Shown: positions 49,850 to 63,875, counted from the first letter of the stretch. The stretch: DNA of 64,000 bases from Atractiella rhizophila (GCA_021432655.1 MU271198.1:1-64000); one strand, 5' to 3'. Notes: generated from the sequence alone by a model not told the origin. Program-made: numbers and translations.

Positions 49850-51090
49850 ATGGCTGGTGTATTCATTTCACTCACTGTCGGCTGGCTCTCGATGGTCGAA
49901 GCCGCTCCAGCAGCAAGGCTTCCGGTTCCCACTTGTACTTCTGAATGCTCAACAGTCTCGCCAGCCTCCTCGACGGCACACCTTCCACCTTTGACTCAAA
50001 TCCTCAAGCCCAACAATACCGCTGTTTCTCTTCCGCATCATATCTACCAGGGATCAAGCTCCAATCTCTCTCCCCAATCCACAACCGTCTCCAATCAATT
50101 CTGGTCCCTGCCTCCCTCCTTTACACTTTCTGATCTTCCCGCTGCCTTCAACTTTAGTGAATGGGCTTGGGGAGAGTCGAACGTTCAAGTTATCGATCGT
50201 ATTCCTAATAATTCTACGAGTTTCGAACCAACATCGACGAAAGTTTCTAATCCTTCGACTGCTTCGACATCAGAGAAGGAGAAGGGTTCTATCATTCAAG
50301 TCCTCTTCCCACAAGGTAGCGTGAACCCAGGAAATGATCACGCGCCAATTGGTGGAGCGGGATTTTACAGCCAACCACGTACATCACACTCTAGCCTTAC
50401 AATAGTACACAGTGCTGAAAGATTCTCAATGAACAGTGAACCTGTCGAACGCGGTGGAGGTTACGCTCAGCTACCGCGTCTTCTTTCCGGCCAACTTTTC
50501 CTTCGAGAAAGGTGGCAAGCTTCCCGGTCTTTACGGGGGACATCCCTCTTGTTCCGGAGGAAGAGATAGCGAATCTTGTTTCTCTACACGGCTCATGTGG
50601 CGGAAGGAGGGGGATGGGGAGCTCTACCTCTATCTCCCAAAGAATGATCAGGACCCCGAGCTATGTCAGCTGAAGCCCAAGAGTGTTTGTGAAGGAGAGT
50701 ACGGGCTGAGTCTCGGGAGAGGGAGTTGGAGGTTCAAGACTGGAGAGTGGACTGAAGTCTTGCAGAAAGTAACATTGAATACGCCTGGAAGAAGGGATGG
50801 GAGCTTTGTCGTCATGGCGGATGGGAGTGAGCGTCTCCTTGGTGCCGCCTGAAGGCTACCCTGACAAGAAAGGATAGAGCAAGTCCTTGGATTCGACAGA
50901 GTGTTCTATCGACATGACGACTCGGTGCGGTTTTGGGGGATTATGTTCCAAACTTTCTTCGGAGGTCATGATCCTGATTATGGTACGTTATTACCTTTCT
51001 CATGGAATAGATGCTAATCATCACACAGCGTCTCCTGTAAATCAATACGCATATTTTGATAAATTTACACTTGCAATCAATGACAAATGA
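49850..51090 (+). CDS. Secreted polysaccharide lyase family 14 (alginate-lyase-like)
   Basis: Signal peptide, Ser/Thr-rich linker, FPQGSVNP, GGAGFY, FEKGGKLPGLYGG, CFSTRLMWR..GELYLY, YGLSLGRG, FQTFFGGHD. Confidence 0.9.
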
Positions 51091-52043
51091 ACATCTCTAC
51101 TCCTTCTCATCCACCTATGACCTCTAATGTGAAGTTAGACCCTATAGTCGCACTGCCTGGATCTCAAATCCAAACATAAAAGAAGCCAGTAATATGTCAG
51201 TCGGCAGTAATTCGGACTTGACACCGAACTTGGGAGGCAGAAATTACGCGAAGGTGTCAAGACTTATTGCAATAAAGCACCTTTAGGACGAGTATGAACT
51301 GTGCCCTATTACTGGGCTAGTAACAATACTCGCCAATTGTCATCAGTTACACAAATGACTCTAAACAACGCCCTCTGGGCTTAGCAAGCTTTGATAGCTT
51401 CCTATTTGCAAGTGCTTCCACAGAGTAGTCTTGTCTGTTCGCAACTATTGTTGCCTTCGCTCTTCCAAGCCAGGCAACCGCACGACATTGATAATAGCCA
51501 GATGCTTGTAAAGCAGCCTCATGTATCCTACTACTAAATACTGAAATACGCATCTGACGGAGTGATCTCTTACATGACCCAAGGAATGGAGACTGTGCTC
51601 CAAACTCTCTCGAAAGCGATAATTCGAGACGTCTCAGAGAGTTGAATTCCCTTCTCTTGCTCCTTGGGTGTTTGCTTCGTTAAATTAAAGTAGACCCGAT
51701 AACATACTGCTCAGAAAGGTTAGTCGATCCTTGGTCGATCAATCCATGCAGGGGATTGCCGACGACGAATTCCGCAAGATTCTAAAAAGCTTCCACCATT
51801 GCAGCAACGACTGGAGCGTGTCGACCTAACAGACACATCCAGGCCATAGACTCAGTCAGGCTTGCTGGAGTCTAGAAAAGAAAAGATCCAGGAATTATTG
51901 AGTGAGTTTTTCATTAAGTGGCTCTGAAGAAAACGGGTTCATTCGGGACTTCGTGGAAGGAACGACACTGTGTGCTCGGACCTCTTTCCTATCTCTCTTT
52001 TTCGCAAAGACACAGAAGCACCTGAGAAGCACCGAAGTGCACT

Positions 52044-54597
52044 ATGGCTGGGTACAACGATCCTTCTTCGTCTTCTGGAACGCCGTCGTCAACCTCCTCT
52101 TCGTTCAGAACTGGCCAACCCAACCACTCTGCTATTTTCGTTTCGCCCGACTCTCCAGCAACTTCCACTTGGTCATATCCCCCATCCACGTCTGATAGCC
52201 CCTCCTCTCCTTTACCTTCAATGGCCGACGGATTCTCAAATTATTCAATAAAGATTCCAAAACGTCAACGATCCAGCTCGTTCGCTGCTTCCCCGACCAT
52301 TTCTCCAAGCATCGACGATTGCGACACCCCAAAGCCTCGCAGTCGTCTCAGGTTCTCTGAGGATGTGCGGCGTACAGATGAGAGGCTCAGTTTTGAGCAT
52401 TGGAGATCAGATTACTTCCCGCGAGCACATAAACATGTGAGGAGCTTGTCAGCTGCAGCCATTGGGATACGGAGGGGAGGGGTACGCGGAGGACTCCGGT
52501 CAACTTTGGCTTCGTTTTTACCAATAATCGTCGTTCTACTGGCGATATCCCTGTTCGTTAGAATAGGTCTCGTACCGTCACCTCGTCGCCTACTTCCGAC
52601 AGGAATGTCAGACTCCCTATTACCCTACCTTCCAGACTCCCTCACCTCTGTCTTAATGTCTACTTCCTTTTTCTCCAAATCTCCAGAGCCGCATCATCCC
52701 ATCCTCCCTTTTCTCGTTGGTTCCCAACAAGCCTGGAGCCAAATCCTCAAGTCCCAGTCTCAATCTCCTTACCAGGCTCGAAGAGCGTACAAGCGACGAT
52801 ACAAACCTCTCATCCCTCCTCCGGGATTCGACAAGTGGTACGCCTTCGCACAATCCCAGAATCATCAGCTAGTGGACGAGTATGACTCCATGATGGACGA
52901 TTTACTTCCATTTCGAGACCTCTCCCCCGCTGAGATTAGGCGGCGGACTGCAGAACTGGCGCGTATCCCAGGTATATCGTTGTTGACGATTAGAAATGGA
53001 GAGGTTAGGGTGCATTCGAAGAGTGGAAGGTGGGCGCCAGCGGCGGCGATGGAGGACATGATCCGGCCCTTTGCGAAAGAATTGCCTGATTTAGAGATCG
53101 CTATCAATGAAAAGCAAGAGGGGAGAGTGCTGCCGAAGAAGGAAAGAGAGTTCAACGACAAGAGCCACCCGATATATAAGCACATTGAGCACAGTATGTT
53201 TACTAATCTTGCTAACAACTGAATCAAGACTGACATCATGCCCGTAGATTCCTCTCTTCCGTCGCTTGCCGGATTCACTGCAGACTGGCAAGGCTACGGA
53301 AGCGTCTGGGACTCCTTCCGTCGCGCATGCCCTCCAACATCTCCCGCACGACGAATCTTGGAGTCCGTCCGCTCTGTCGAGACAGTTCCTTCCTCCAAAT
53401 CACCTTCCTTTGTCCTCCAAAAGAACGGTGGGGATGACATACACTTCACGAGGAGAAAGCTTTCGAGCGCTACAGCGGCGATTCCTCCCACCCGAGAGCT
53501 CACGTTCAGCAGAGATGCCGATACCACTTTAGATCTTTGTACCCGCCCTTCCCTTCACACCCTCCACTCAACTTTCTTCTCGGACCAGCGAAGCATAGAC
53601 GAGCTTTATCCTCTGTTCTCTCCTTCGAAACCTGCAGGTTTTGGAGATATCCTCATACCGTCAAACCATCATTGGAGTCCAAGCACTGATGTGACCTACG
53701 ATGCGGAAGTGAAGCAAGGAAGGACGAAGGAGTCGTCTGATCCTGAGTGGGGTCTCAAATCTAATACCATCTTTTGGCGAGGCAAGGTGACGCGAGGAGC
53801 GAATACTCCTCCAGGACATATGGCGTCTTTTCAGAAGCAGCGTCTGGTCAAGATGTCAAACGACAATCGAGAGGACGATCGAGTGGTGGTTGCCCTTAAC
53901 CTTTCTACTTCGGCACTTATTTCAACGACGAGTACAGTGGCTGAAGTCAATGAGGCGATCATGGATGTTGCTTTAGCTTGCGATCCGAGTCTGGGAGAGT
54001 GTGCGCAATTGAGCAAGATGGGGTATCGTGTTGAGGCTCCCGGTCCAATAAATGCAGCCTGGAATCACAAATTCGTCTTGGACGTGGATGAGATTGGCTT
54101 CAGCCCTCGGTTCTTTGCCTTCATGGAGAGCCGGAGTGCAGTGGTGAAGAGCAGCATGCAGAAAGAGTTTTGGAATTCGTGGATCATGCCTTGGTGCGTT
54201 GTCTGCCTCTGTTCACATACGCGTATTAAGGTTGTAGAACAGGTACCACTACATTCCTCTCTCATCTGCTTATTCAGAACTCCACAACATCCACGCCTTC
54301 TTCTTTGGCTTCCCGGCGAGCATTCTCGACAACAATAACCACACAATCAGCGTGCTGACTCCTCCAGATCCCGTCATCATCACCCGCCCAGATGGCACAC
54401 CATTCCATCCTGAACTTGCAGCGCAGGATATCGCCGAAGCAGGAAGAGATTGGGTACAAAATCACGTACGAAGGATAGACATGCAGGTACTCTTCTTTTC
54501 CTCTCAACTCCTAAGATCGCTCTTGATGAGTCGCCTCCAGATATATGTTTATCGACTAATGCTCGAATGGGCCCGACTTGTCTCAGACGACCGATGA
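52044..54597 (+). CDS. Glycosyltransferase family 90 (CAP10-like), type II membrane protein
   Basis: Single TM segment; YKRRY..PPPGFDKWY, LPDLEIAIN, PLFSPSK..FGDILIP, IFWRGK, KFVLDVD..FSPRF, PW.HYIP, DMQIYVYRLMLEWARL. Confidence 0.88.
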
Positions 54598-55167
54598 TAG
54601 AAAACACCTCACCACCAGCTTTTGCTCCGTCCTTCCTAGTCATGTTGCTTCATTCTGGAGAATATCCCCCACTCTCTTTCACCAACGCATCATCTACCCA
54701 TTCAAAATTGCATAATAGTCTATTCCGATGAGCCCAAACCACCCAATTCCCCACATATTCTTTCTGTGTACTCATTTCGATCTTCTTTCGTGACGGTGCC
54801 GTATAGACAACGTTAAGGAACAATTATTTGGGTTTGACGGGTTAATGTTGTTTTGGTTTTGCATTTGCATATCTAATTGAGTTATGCCTATCACGAAAAT
54901 GCAGTTCACAAGATTCCCCCATTTCTGGGGCGGGATGACGACCACAGTCGGCAAGGAGCACACTACGCGTATGTGGAACGGCTTTGAGTTAACTGGCTCC
55001 ACTATGCATTTCAAGCAGGTTTCGCCTCGACTGCCTCGCTCTGAATTCCATAAAGTCTCCTCTTCTGCCCTATGCAAATGCCTTTTACAGGCGTTTCGCG
55101 ACGGTTTACAGGCTATTTCCTTCTTCCCCTCGCTCTCTCGACGGTTTATTACTATCACAATCTATCC

Positions 55168-56150
55168 ATGCCTTCCCTACACCAAGTGGTCGCGTCCAAT
55201 AACTTATTCCGGCCATCGTACTTGCCTGTCGCGCTTTTCATAGGTGGTACATCTGGAATCGGCGAAGCAATGGCGCTTCGTCTCGCGAACCAGACGGGAG
55301 GAAGGTCTCATATTATACTTTTGGGACGGGATGGCGCGAAAGCAAAGGAAATTCTAGATCGCATGCCTTCGCACGCTGAGGGGAAGAAGGAATTTGTCCA
55401 GGTCGATTTGATGGACCTCTCGACTTTGAGAACGGTGTTGGCAGAACAGAAAGGAAAATTGGAGAAGATCAACTTTTTGATTATGACGGCTGGGTTCCTG
55501 TCTTTGGATGGATACACCCCAACTATTGACGGGCTGGATCGAAAACTCTCCGTACACTACTTCGGACGCTTTCGAGCAGCTTATGAGCTGGCTCACTTGG
55601 TGGAGAAAGCCGGAGAGAGAGGAGAAGAAGCCAGTATAGTGACCGTGTTGGATGGAAGCGGAAGAGGCGGAAGGGGCAAGCCCTTTATGGACGACCTGAA
55701 GCTTGAGAAATACTACAGTATTGGGAACGCAGCAAAAACAGCGGTCACATACAACGATATTGCAATGACTGTAAGTCTTTCTCCTATAAGGCAACGAATG
55801 CTGATCAACTACAGGAACTTGCCATTCGCTACCCGCATATCTCAACTTTTCACATCAATCCTGGTGGGGTGGACACACCAATTACCAAGAACAAAGACCT
55901 GCCTTGGATTGCACGAACTGGCGTAGAAGTACTTAGGCCGGTTCTGAAGATGTTGCCAATGATGACCAGCATGGAGGACTGCGCGGAATATATGTGGTAT
56001 AACGTCTGGAGCGGAGAGGAGAGGTTTAAGAAGGGAAATTGGAATGTTGGAAGCAGAGGAGAGCTGGCGAAAGCCAACGAGTTTGCAGAGAACGAAGAGA
56101 CGAGAAGGGTGGTATGGGACTTCAGCGTGCAGGCCACAAATGGGAAGTAG
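55168..56150 (+). CDS. Short-chain dehydrogenase/reductase
   Basis: VALFIGGTSGIG, VDL, LIMTAG, DGLDRKLSVHYFGRF, HINPGGVDT. Confidence 0.88.
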
Positions 56151-56337
56151 AGACTTTTCGAATTTCAGATGAGGCAGCTCTTTCCATCATGATGTATGTT
56201 TTCATCAGTTGGCGATCATTTTATTTCAAAGGAAGCTTGGAATCAGCATGGAACAACTGGACACAACAAATAAAACAAGAAAAGGCTCTTCAAGCTGATA
56301 TTTACAACCAGTGGCACCTCAAGACGTCTTTGTGAAA

Positions 56338-58124
56338 CTATCTTAATTTGACTCTGGCGACCTCTCCCTTACCATCTCTTCCCTCTACTTCGCCTCCTTT
56401 ACCAACCTTTGGCGCTTCAAAGACCTTCCAAAATTTCAAGTTCTCATCACTGCTCGCTGTAGCGACGGTGCATCCATCAGGGCTAATTGCGGATTGAAGA
56501 ATGCGAGCGTCGTGAGCTTGAGTGATTTCGTGAATTTTGCTGAGTGAAGGATAAGAGTATATTGAGAGTTGGTGGTCTGGAAATCCGTGGGAGGCGAGTA
56601 TCTCGCGCTCGTGAGGGTTCCAAATCAAGGAAGTAACTTGAGAGGTCGTGGGCAGAGATTGCAGTCTTGCACCGGTATTCACGTTCCAGAAATGAATCGT
56701 TTTGTCAGAAGAACCGCCGCCAGATGCCAAAAGTGTATGGTTCCAAGGACACCAGGCGAGTGCCTTGCAAAGACATCAGTCAAGGTTAGAAGGGCGACAT
56801 TAGGAACATACCTTTACGGCTGCTGTGTGATTCGTCTTGTTCATTTTAGGCGTTGATAGGTTTCTCCCATCCCAAACGGAAACGATATTATCGTTTCCTC
56901 CAGAAGCGAGCATCTGGAAATCATTGTCAATGCGTTCACTGCCATCACATAAACGTGGAACATACACCGAGCCCTCCACTGTTGGAGCTTCCCGCATTCT
57001 CCCTCCTCCAGACTAATCCACAGACTTCTCCCCGATGACCCCTCATTTCGCCAATCTTATGTTGAGGGAGCCTAACGTCCGAATTCCAGATCTCTCCTGT
57101 CCTGCTTCCTGAACTGAGGATCGCTCCGCTCCAGCTCAAACTCGGAACACGAGAGATGTGACCACTCAGCGTTCGAAGACGATTGAACGTATTGATATCG
57201 TAGATCATGATTGCGCCGGTAGAAGTGGAGACAGAGAGATAAGATGAGTCCTCTGAAAAGGACAGAGCACAGATGTAATCAGAGTTCTCCTCCGCCGCAG
57301 AAGCAGTCGAATTCATATCGCCTAAACAGACCAGAGTTTCGACATCCCCAGTCTCCGCGTTCCAGATATATACAGTATCGTCAAGGCCGATAGCCAGAAT
57401 ATTCGACGCGCTCCAATCGAGAAGATTAAGATAATAGTCATCCCGCATGCCAGGCGCGTCGAGGATCCTTTCTGGAGTCAGACCAATCCGCCGTCCGCTC
57501 CCTTTCGAAACGTTCTTAGGGCGAGACGCTAGGAATGAAGGATTGAGGTTGATCTCCTGTCGAACTGGTGGTGCGCTCTCCCAAGAAAGGATTTTTCGCT
57601 CGAGATCGAGCCCCATAGCGCTCGCTAGACGGCCAGTATGCTCTGCGTCTTCTGCCTCTGTCAAGGAGTAGTCCATGAGAGCCTGTTGGGATTTTCGTCC
57701 CGTCTCGTCTTCCACAGCGCTCGAGAATCGATCATTCTTTCACGGCAATCCCATTATTCTATGGGTTAGAAAGAGGAAGGAAACGTACCAAACTGCTCTT
57801 CGACTTCTTCCTCTTCGGGGTACCACCTCCTTTTTCACTCCCGCTACCATCTTTCGCCTTGGTGGGAACCTCCATCTCTTTCTTCTCAAAAACCTTCCTT
57901 CCAACGCCTCCACCCATTAGAAGTGGCGCCTTTTTCTTCTCTTTCGACACTTTCTTTGTGGGTGACTTCCCGCCATTCTCTTTTGCTGAATCTTTCAGAG
58001 ACGGATTTCTGGATTTCGCTGGTCTCCCTGATCCATTGTTGAGCTGTAAGGAGGAAAGAGCTGAGGATAACCCTTTGGTGGGGGAGTTGGAGCGCGATTT
58101 AGATGCTTTGACTGGGGACGCCAT
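56338..58124 (-). CDS. CDC20: APC/C activator Cdc20/Fizzy
   Basis: KEN box, RKILSW, PERILDAPG.RDDYYLNLLDWS, LASGGNDN, HTAAVKALAWCPW, ASGGGSSD, DENLKFW, terminal LR tail. Confidence 0.92.
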
Positions 58125-58218
58125 CGTTGTTTGTTTGCATTCAAATTGGTTGGCTGTATTTGGCTGAGACGCGACCTAAAACACACGTGATTCAAGTTAG
58201 GAATAGTTGCCAACCGAC

Positions 58219-59496
58219 ATGAGCGCTCAGAGTGGAATTACGCCTTCGGCAGAGCTGGTACAGGCTTTTGCTGATGCTCCTGCACAGGGAGTTCGATGTC
58301 TGATTGTGAGATTTTTCACGCTTGACGATTTTAGTCCCGGAACTGACATCCCCATGAGGTCTCCATCGAGAACGAATCTCTCATTGTTACTTCCTCTTTT
58401 CCTATCCAATCTACTTTTCTAGACGATCTGGAGAAGCTCCAAACCGTTCTAGAAGATGATCAACCTGCATATGTGCTTTTCCAGTTCGTATCCAGATCTC
58501 ATCTCTATATCCGAGCTCTGACTTCCTTCCCACAAGGCTTGATAACTCAGAAGGATGGCTCTTCATATCCTATGTACCCGATGTTGCCAAAGTGCGACCT
58601 AAAATGCTTTACGCTTCTACGCGTTCCACTCTCACTCGTACATTGGGGGATGCGAAGTTCGTTGACAGCCTCTACGCTAATCATAAGAACGATCTTTCTC
58701 CGTCTGGATACGAGGCACATGTACGGCACACCCAGAGCAGCCATCCAATGACTGAGAAAGAGAAAGAGCTGGCAGAAATCAAGAAGGCTGAAGGAACTGT
58801 GGTCCGGGGCACGGAGGAGAGAAGGGCTGCTTGGGACATCGGTTCCGGTGGGAGCGGTGCGACGCTGGGCTTGAAATGGGAGGAAGGGACGGATGAAGCG
58901 CTTAGAAAAGTGTGGGAGAATGGCGGAGCTCTTTATCTGGTTCGTACCATTAATCTCGATGTTGGAAAATTGAACTGATCTGCTGATTCAACTCGAGCAG
59001 ACGATTGACACAAAGAACGAGAGTATTGGCGTCAAGCTATTCACACTTGGAAACATGGTCGAGTTTAATCTACCGGAGAAAGAGCCTTCCTACTGCTTCA
59101 TTCGCTTCGATGGAAAGCCTGAGAAGGAACTCAGTACAGTTTTCACCCCATGCTTCATGCTCTTGAACAGTTCGCTGACCAATTCATAGTTTTCATCTAC
59201 TCGTGTCCCTCCACCTCTCCCGTTAAATCGAGGCTGCTCTACTCTTCCTCGTCCTCCGCTGTGGCGACATCAGCTAGTAACATCCTTGGCGTGAAAGTGG
59301 GGAAGAAGGTGTGCTGACATTCTCTGCGATTTGAACTTTTGATTCATCGAGGCTGTAGATCGAGACTTCCGATCCATCAGAAATCACCCCATCCTTCGTC
59401 GCCTCTGAGCTTGGGCTTTCCGACAAACCGGCTGCACAAGCGGTTATGGAGTCTAAGACGACGTTCGCTAAACCAAAGCGGCCAGGACGCAAATAA
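58219..59496 (+). CDS. TWF1: Twinfilin
   Basis: MSAQSGI, YVPDVAKVRPKMLYASTR, FIYSCPSTSPVKSRLLYSS, C-terminal FAKPKRPGRK tail. Confidence 0.95.
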
Positions 59497-59769
59497 ATGG
59501 ACAGACTGTCAAGATTGAAGCAATGTTGACACATGAGCTGAAAGCGACGAGTGACATATCGGACTGTTGTACCAATTTTGATTATTAGCGATGTTGGTTG
59601 GTGATAAAGAAGTAGTACAGTTGGCGCTTAAATGTGTGAATGGAACGAAAGACTGAATAATGGAAATGCAGACAAAATAGTCACAGAATGAAGAGTCGTA
59701 GTAAAAGTCCTTTGACGCTCTACGTCGTTTTGGTTACTTATGAAGACGCAACTAGTCCATTCCATCCCT

Positions 59770-61227
59770 TTAGTTCCTCAACTCCCATTTCCAGTTAGAA
59801 GTTGTGGTAGTGTAATTCGAGATATCTGGACTACATCCAGCATCCCTGGCGCTCCTAATCACTCCAGGAGTCAGGCTCTGTTTAGACGATGGACAACAAC
59901 GAAAGATGCGCACCGCTCCCAAAACTCTTTAGCCAGATCATTATCCTTAGTTGCCTTCGGGAGTTCCTTCTCCTCACAGTCCACCCAGAACCTCGCCTTC
60001 TTCTCCCTACTCTCCCTTGACAGAGCAGCCCAAAGAATGGTCATCGAGCCTTGCTTCGCGGTGTACGCCAAAATGTTAAGTGCAAAAAGCATAAGGCTTT
60101 CCAACCAGTGTGGGAGCGAGAAGGTGGACTTGTACATGAAATCGCTGTTGACCATGCCAGGATGAGCGGACTGGACGACGATCTTTCGATGGGGGAGGTG
60201 AGGAGAGGAGAGAAGGAGTTCTTGCAGTCGAACCATGGACATGACTTGCATGAGTTTGGACTGCGCGTATAATGTAAAGCCTCTGTTCGATCAAAAATTG
60301 TAAGTAAAGAGAAAGATGACGGCAAGAGAGAGCGAAAGCGCACCGCGGAAACTTGTTGTACCAATGCCAACGACTACCGTATTGTTCGCCGTTGAGCTTG
60401 TCGAGGTTGAGTCGGGAGGGGTTGAATGCTCCCATGGAGCTGGTGTTCACGATTGTAGGGCGAGAAGAAAGGCACAGCCATGGGAGGAGGTGTATGGTGA
60501 GGAGGAAATGTGCTAGATGGTTGACCTGCAAGTCTTCTCTGAACCACAATTGACTGAAACTCGCAATGCACGTACCTGATAGCAAACACCAAGACCGTCT
60601 TCCGTCCTCCCATTGTTCAAGAAAATAGCTCCAGCATTGCAAATCAAGATATCCAACTTCTCCCTACCTTCCTTCTTCCACCTCGTTAGGAATTCTCGTA
60701 CCGACTTAAGTGAGGCAAGATCGAGATGCCAATACTCAACTCCTGCTCCTTCACACGGCGAAAAAGTGCTTGATAGGATCGCATCTCGAGCTTTCTTAGC
60801 CTTCTCCGCGTCACGACACGCAAGGTAGACAAAGCATCCGCGTTGGTAGAGGTAAAGAGCAGTCTCGAAGCCTGCTTGTACATTATTTCCTGATGCTCAG
60901 AGCATATGTTAAACACGAACCAACGCCTATCGTACAGTGTCATAATCTCACAGTGGTTTGCAAAGCAGAAAAAACTCACCAACATTGCTGCCTGTCACCT
61001 TCGCATCGTAAAGCCGCAAGCGGCGCAGCCCTTCAGCACCAATGCCCAGCATAAAACGGAGCAGTACTCACGATAGCGACCTGACCCTTGAGATCCACAA
61101 ACTCTTCTTTCTCATACTTCAACTTTGCAGGGTTATTGATCATCTTTGGAAGGCTCCAGAGGAACGCGAAATAGACGAAGATGTCGAAGAAGGTGAGTTC
61201 GAACCAGTCGAAAAGGTTGATTCCCAT
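59770..61227 (-). CDS. Short-chain dehydrogenase/reductase, retinol-dehydrogenase-like (stop at 59770 or 59871)
   Basis: DLKGQVAIV, VYLACRD, LDILICNAG, QVNHLAHFLLT, IVNTSS, WHWYN, SAHPGMVNS. Confidence 0.85.
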
Positions 61228-61533
61228 ATATACCTGCCCTTTTCCCTTGAGTCCAGCCTCATCCAATCCACCCCTTATGCCCTTCTGACCCCGATTTGAT
61301 GCTCTCCAAGTTGGATCGTTCGATGTTGCTGTGGCCATGGGTTTCGGACAAGCACCAATTTTACGGACGCGCCAAGTGTTTGCTTCCGGACAACCCATTC
61401 AATATCCTTTTCAGGCAATCGCCGAATTACCCCTATCCACAGTCCCAATCCTAACAGCGACAGAAGATTGGCTGCAGGATAGGAGTGCGCACGAATCCAC
61501 GAACAAGTTTACGCTTACGAATAACGAGAAACG

Positions 61534-62315
61534 ATGATTGCCTTCCTTTTGATCACCCTCCTCTTTACCTCTGTGTCTGCGCTTTCCCTGCCAGCAGATC
61601 CTCTTTCACCTTCGTCACTTGTCGAGAGGGGAGATCAGCCCAATTTCCCGTCCGATATACCATCTTGTGTTGCTTGTCAACCAAAATGGGGAAGTATATC
61701 GTCTTGCGCAGAGGCAGCACCTGTTTTCCAGAATATTTCCAACGTTAGTTTGTTTTCTGCTGACATACAAACACATCTCATCCTGCGTGACAGATCTTTT
61801 GGAACCCAGCAGCATTTGTAACAACAATCAAATGTGCATGGTAGGCTTTTACTCCTTTCTTCGACATGAGGAAGCTAAACAAAATTGGCAGCACGGACAC
61901 CTTTCAAGGTACTGCTCCTCCGCCGCCCCTGCATACCTAAAAGCATGTCTCACGCCATCTATGTGTAGCTGCATATCCAGCCTGTTCCGACTGCTTCGTG
62001 GAAACGAACCAATGCGCCTCATTCCTCGACATCCAAGCTGGCGACGCTCCTCAAATTCTGAAAAACATGCGCTCTGTCTGTTCATTCGGGTCTACCGCTG
62101 GCGGTTTCGGAGTGGCTAGCTCCTACTACCTCAATTCGATGCAGTATACCTATACGGGAGAACCGAACCAGCCAGACGTTGCGCCAACGTTTTATGGACC
62201 AGGTGGTATTAATTTGGGCAGCCAGCAGGGTGCTGGAGAACGATTGCCCGTCCGTTGGCACACAGTCGCTTTCGCCTTCATCATTGCATTGGGGATCGCA
62301 GAGATCATGGTGTGA
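61534..62315 (+). CDS. Small secreted Cys-rich protein with probable GPI signal or C-terminal TM segment
   Basis: Signal peptide MIAFLLITLLFTSVSA, several Cys across the exons, C-terminal hydrophobic VAFAFIIALGIAEIMV. Confidence 0.75.
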
Positions 62316-63091
62316 GGAGGTACGGGTAACGAAGGAAGTCATATTACGGTTTGCCCACGATATTTATTATATTCTCCTTTTTCGCGATTTCGGACATTCT
62401 ACTTTTGTCAGTACGTTTTGAACATTTTGTGTCGCTTCTGTACCAAGTCGTAACTCTGGACCAGCTTTATTCCCATCTTCCGACCAAGAAATGCAGGAAT
62501 TGTTTAGACTTTCTGTGGCGGCAAGTGTCATCGAGTGTCTGGGACTGTGACTCCTCACAGCAATCTGGACACGATGAACCTGTAAACGAAATCCTTCTAT
62601 TGGACGGTACACTAGAGTTCAGGTCAACAATGTTGCATTCCTTCTTTGGGAGCAAACCCTTATTTCAGAAGAAAGGAGACCACAGTTTAGAGTAGCGAGC
62701 CTTACTCTGCTGTGGGACAACAAAGAAGGATCTTGAAGTTCTTGTGAGGGACGGCAGACCAGCAGTCGAAGCTGAGAGGCTCTTTGAATCCTCCTAAAGA
62801 TTATCGAGCGACTGTTCTCATTCATGCAGTGTCTGCAGAAATGGCAGAAGTTGCAGACAATCCTTGCCATTACCAGTATTCCCATTATATGGCCTACGTA
62901 GACTGTTCCGCGATTCGATTCGTGTGTCTATAAATTATAAAGCCTGTGTTGATGGATTGTACAGTCTAGCTGCGTTGAAGGAACGTAAACTATGTTTACA
63001 ATCACAAACCCCTTCCTTGCTTTCACTTCCACTTCAAAATCTGGGATGGCAACAACATCTGAACTGGAATTCTAGCAAGATTTCATATCAT

Positions 63092-63875
63092 TCAGTTCCG
63101 GAGGTCAATCACATTCCCGACCAAGCTCAACCACGCCTCCATCCACCTCCTTCCCTTCAGATCCGGCTCGTGCGCCATCATTTCTTCCATGAAAGCAACC
63201 GTCTCGCACGGATGGAGAGAGAAGCAGAGATCACCCGTGGATGGATGCTCATCAAGAGTGATGAACGGCATCGTGCCTTCCTGGAACTCCTGCGTTGGAG
63301 GTGTGAGCGAATTGAAGGGATACAGCTGCGCAGATCGCGGCGTGTGGAAGATGTTCGTTTGGTTGATAAGATCCTGAATTTCTAGTGAAGATCCATCTAT
63401 CCAAAGTCTTCAGAATGAGAAAGGAGGAGGGAAGTCATGACGCACTGGTATCCGTGACGGTGAAGAAGAGGCAGGGGCATTGATATACTTTGGAGTAACA
63501 GATCCAGAATGAAACTTGCAATTTCTCCGCCACGATTCCTTCAGGTTTACGTATCACCGATTCGTCTACCTCCTCTTCAAGTTCAACCTCATTGTCAAAC
63601 CCTTCCATGTTAGAAGTAGGAATGCCATCTCGAAAGCGTAAGCGGATAACGCTTTTCTCAAGATATCCAAGATCCGGAAAGTCCTACATGGCTGCAATTC
63701 GCTCATCCATAGAACAGTTAAGAATCTACTCAATTACATTAACTTCCCTGCGCTTCCACCCCGCACAAAAGAGGTGAGGACCGAGATCATCAGCTTTTGC
63801 CCATCGTCCTTCTTCACTGTAAAAAGAAAGCATCTCGTTAACATTCGCATCGAATACCTCTCTCGCAACGGCCAT
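63092..63875 (-). CDS. ATG10: Autophagy E2-like conjugating enzyme Atg10 (3 exons; absent from the ORF track)
   Basis: Translated by hand: MAVAREVFDANV.., FWICYSKVYQCPCLFF, ITLDEHPSTGDLCFSLHPCET (catalytic HPC), WMEAWLSLVGNVIDLRN*. Confidence 0.88.

Noticed and set aside
49850..56150. PL14, GT90 and SDR as a polysaccharide or secondary-metabolite cluster
   Set aside because: Common fungal families with no backbone synthase or shared motif; adjacency alone is not evidence
62619..62885. Cys-rich ORF (CNFCHFCRHC)
   Set aside because: No recognisable domain or clear gene structure; likely non-coding sequence between convergent genes
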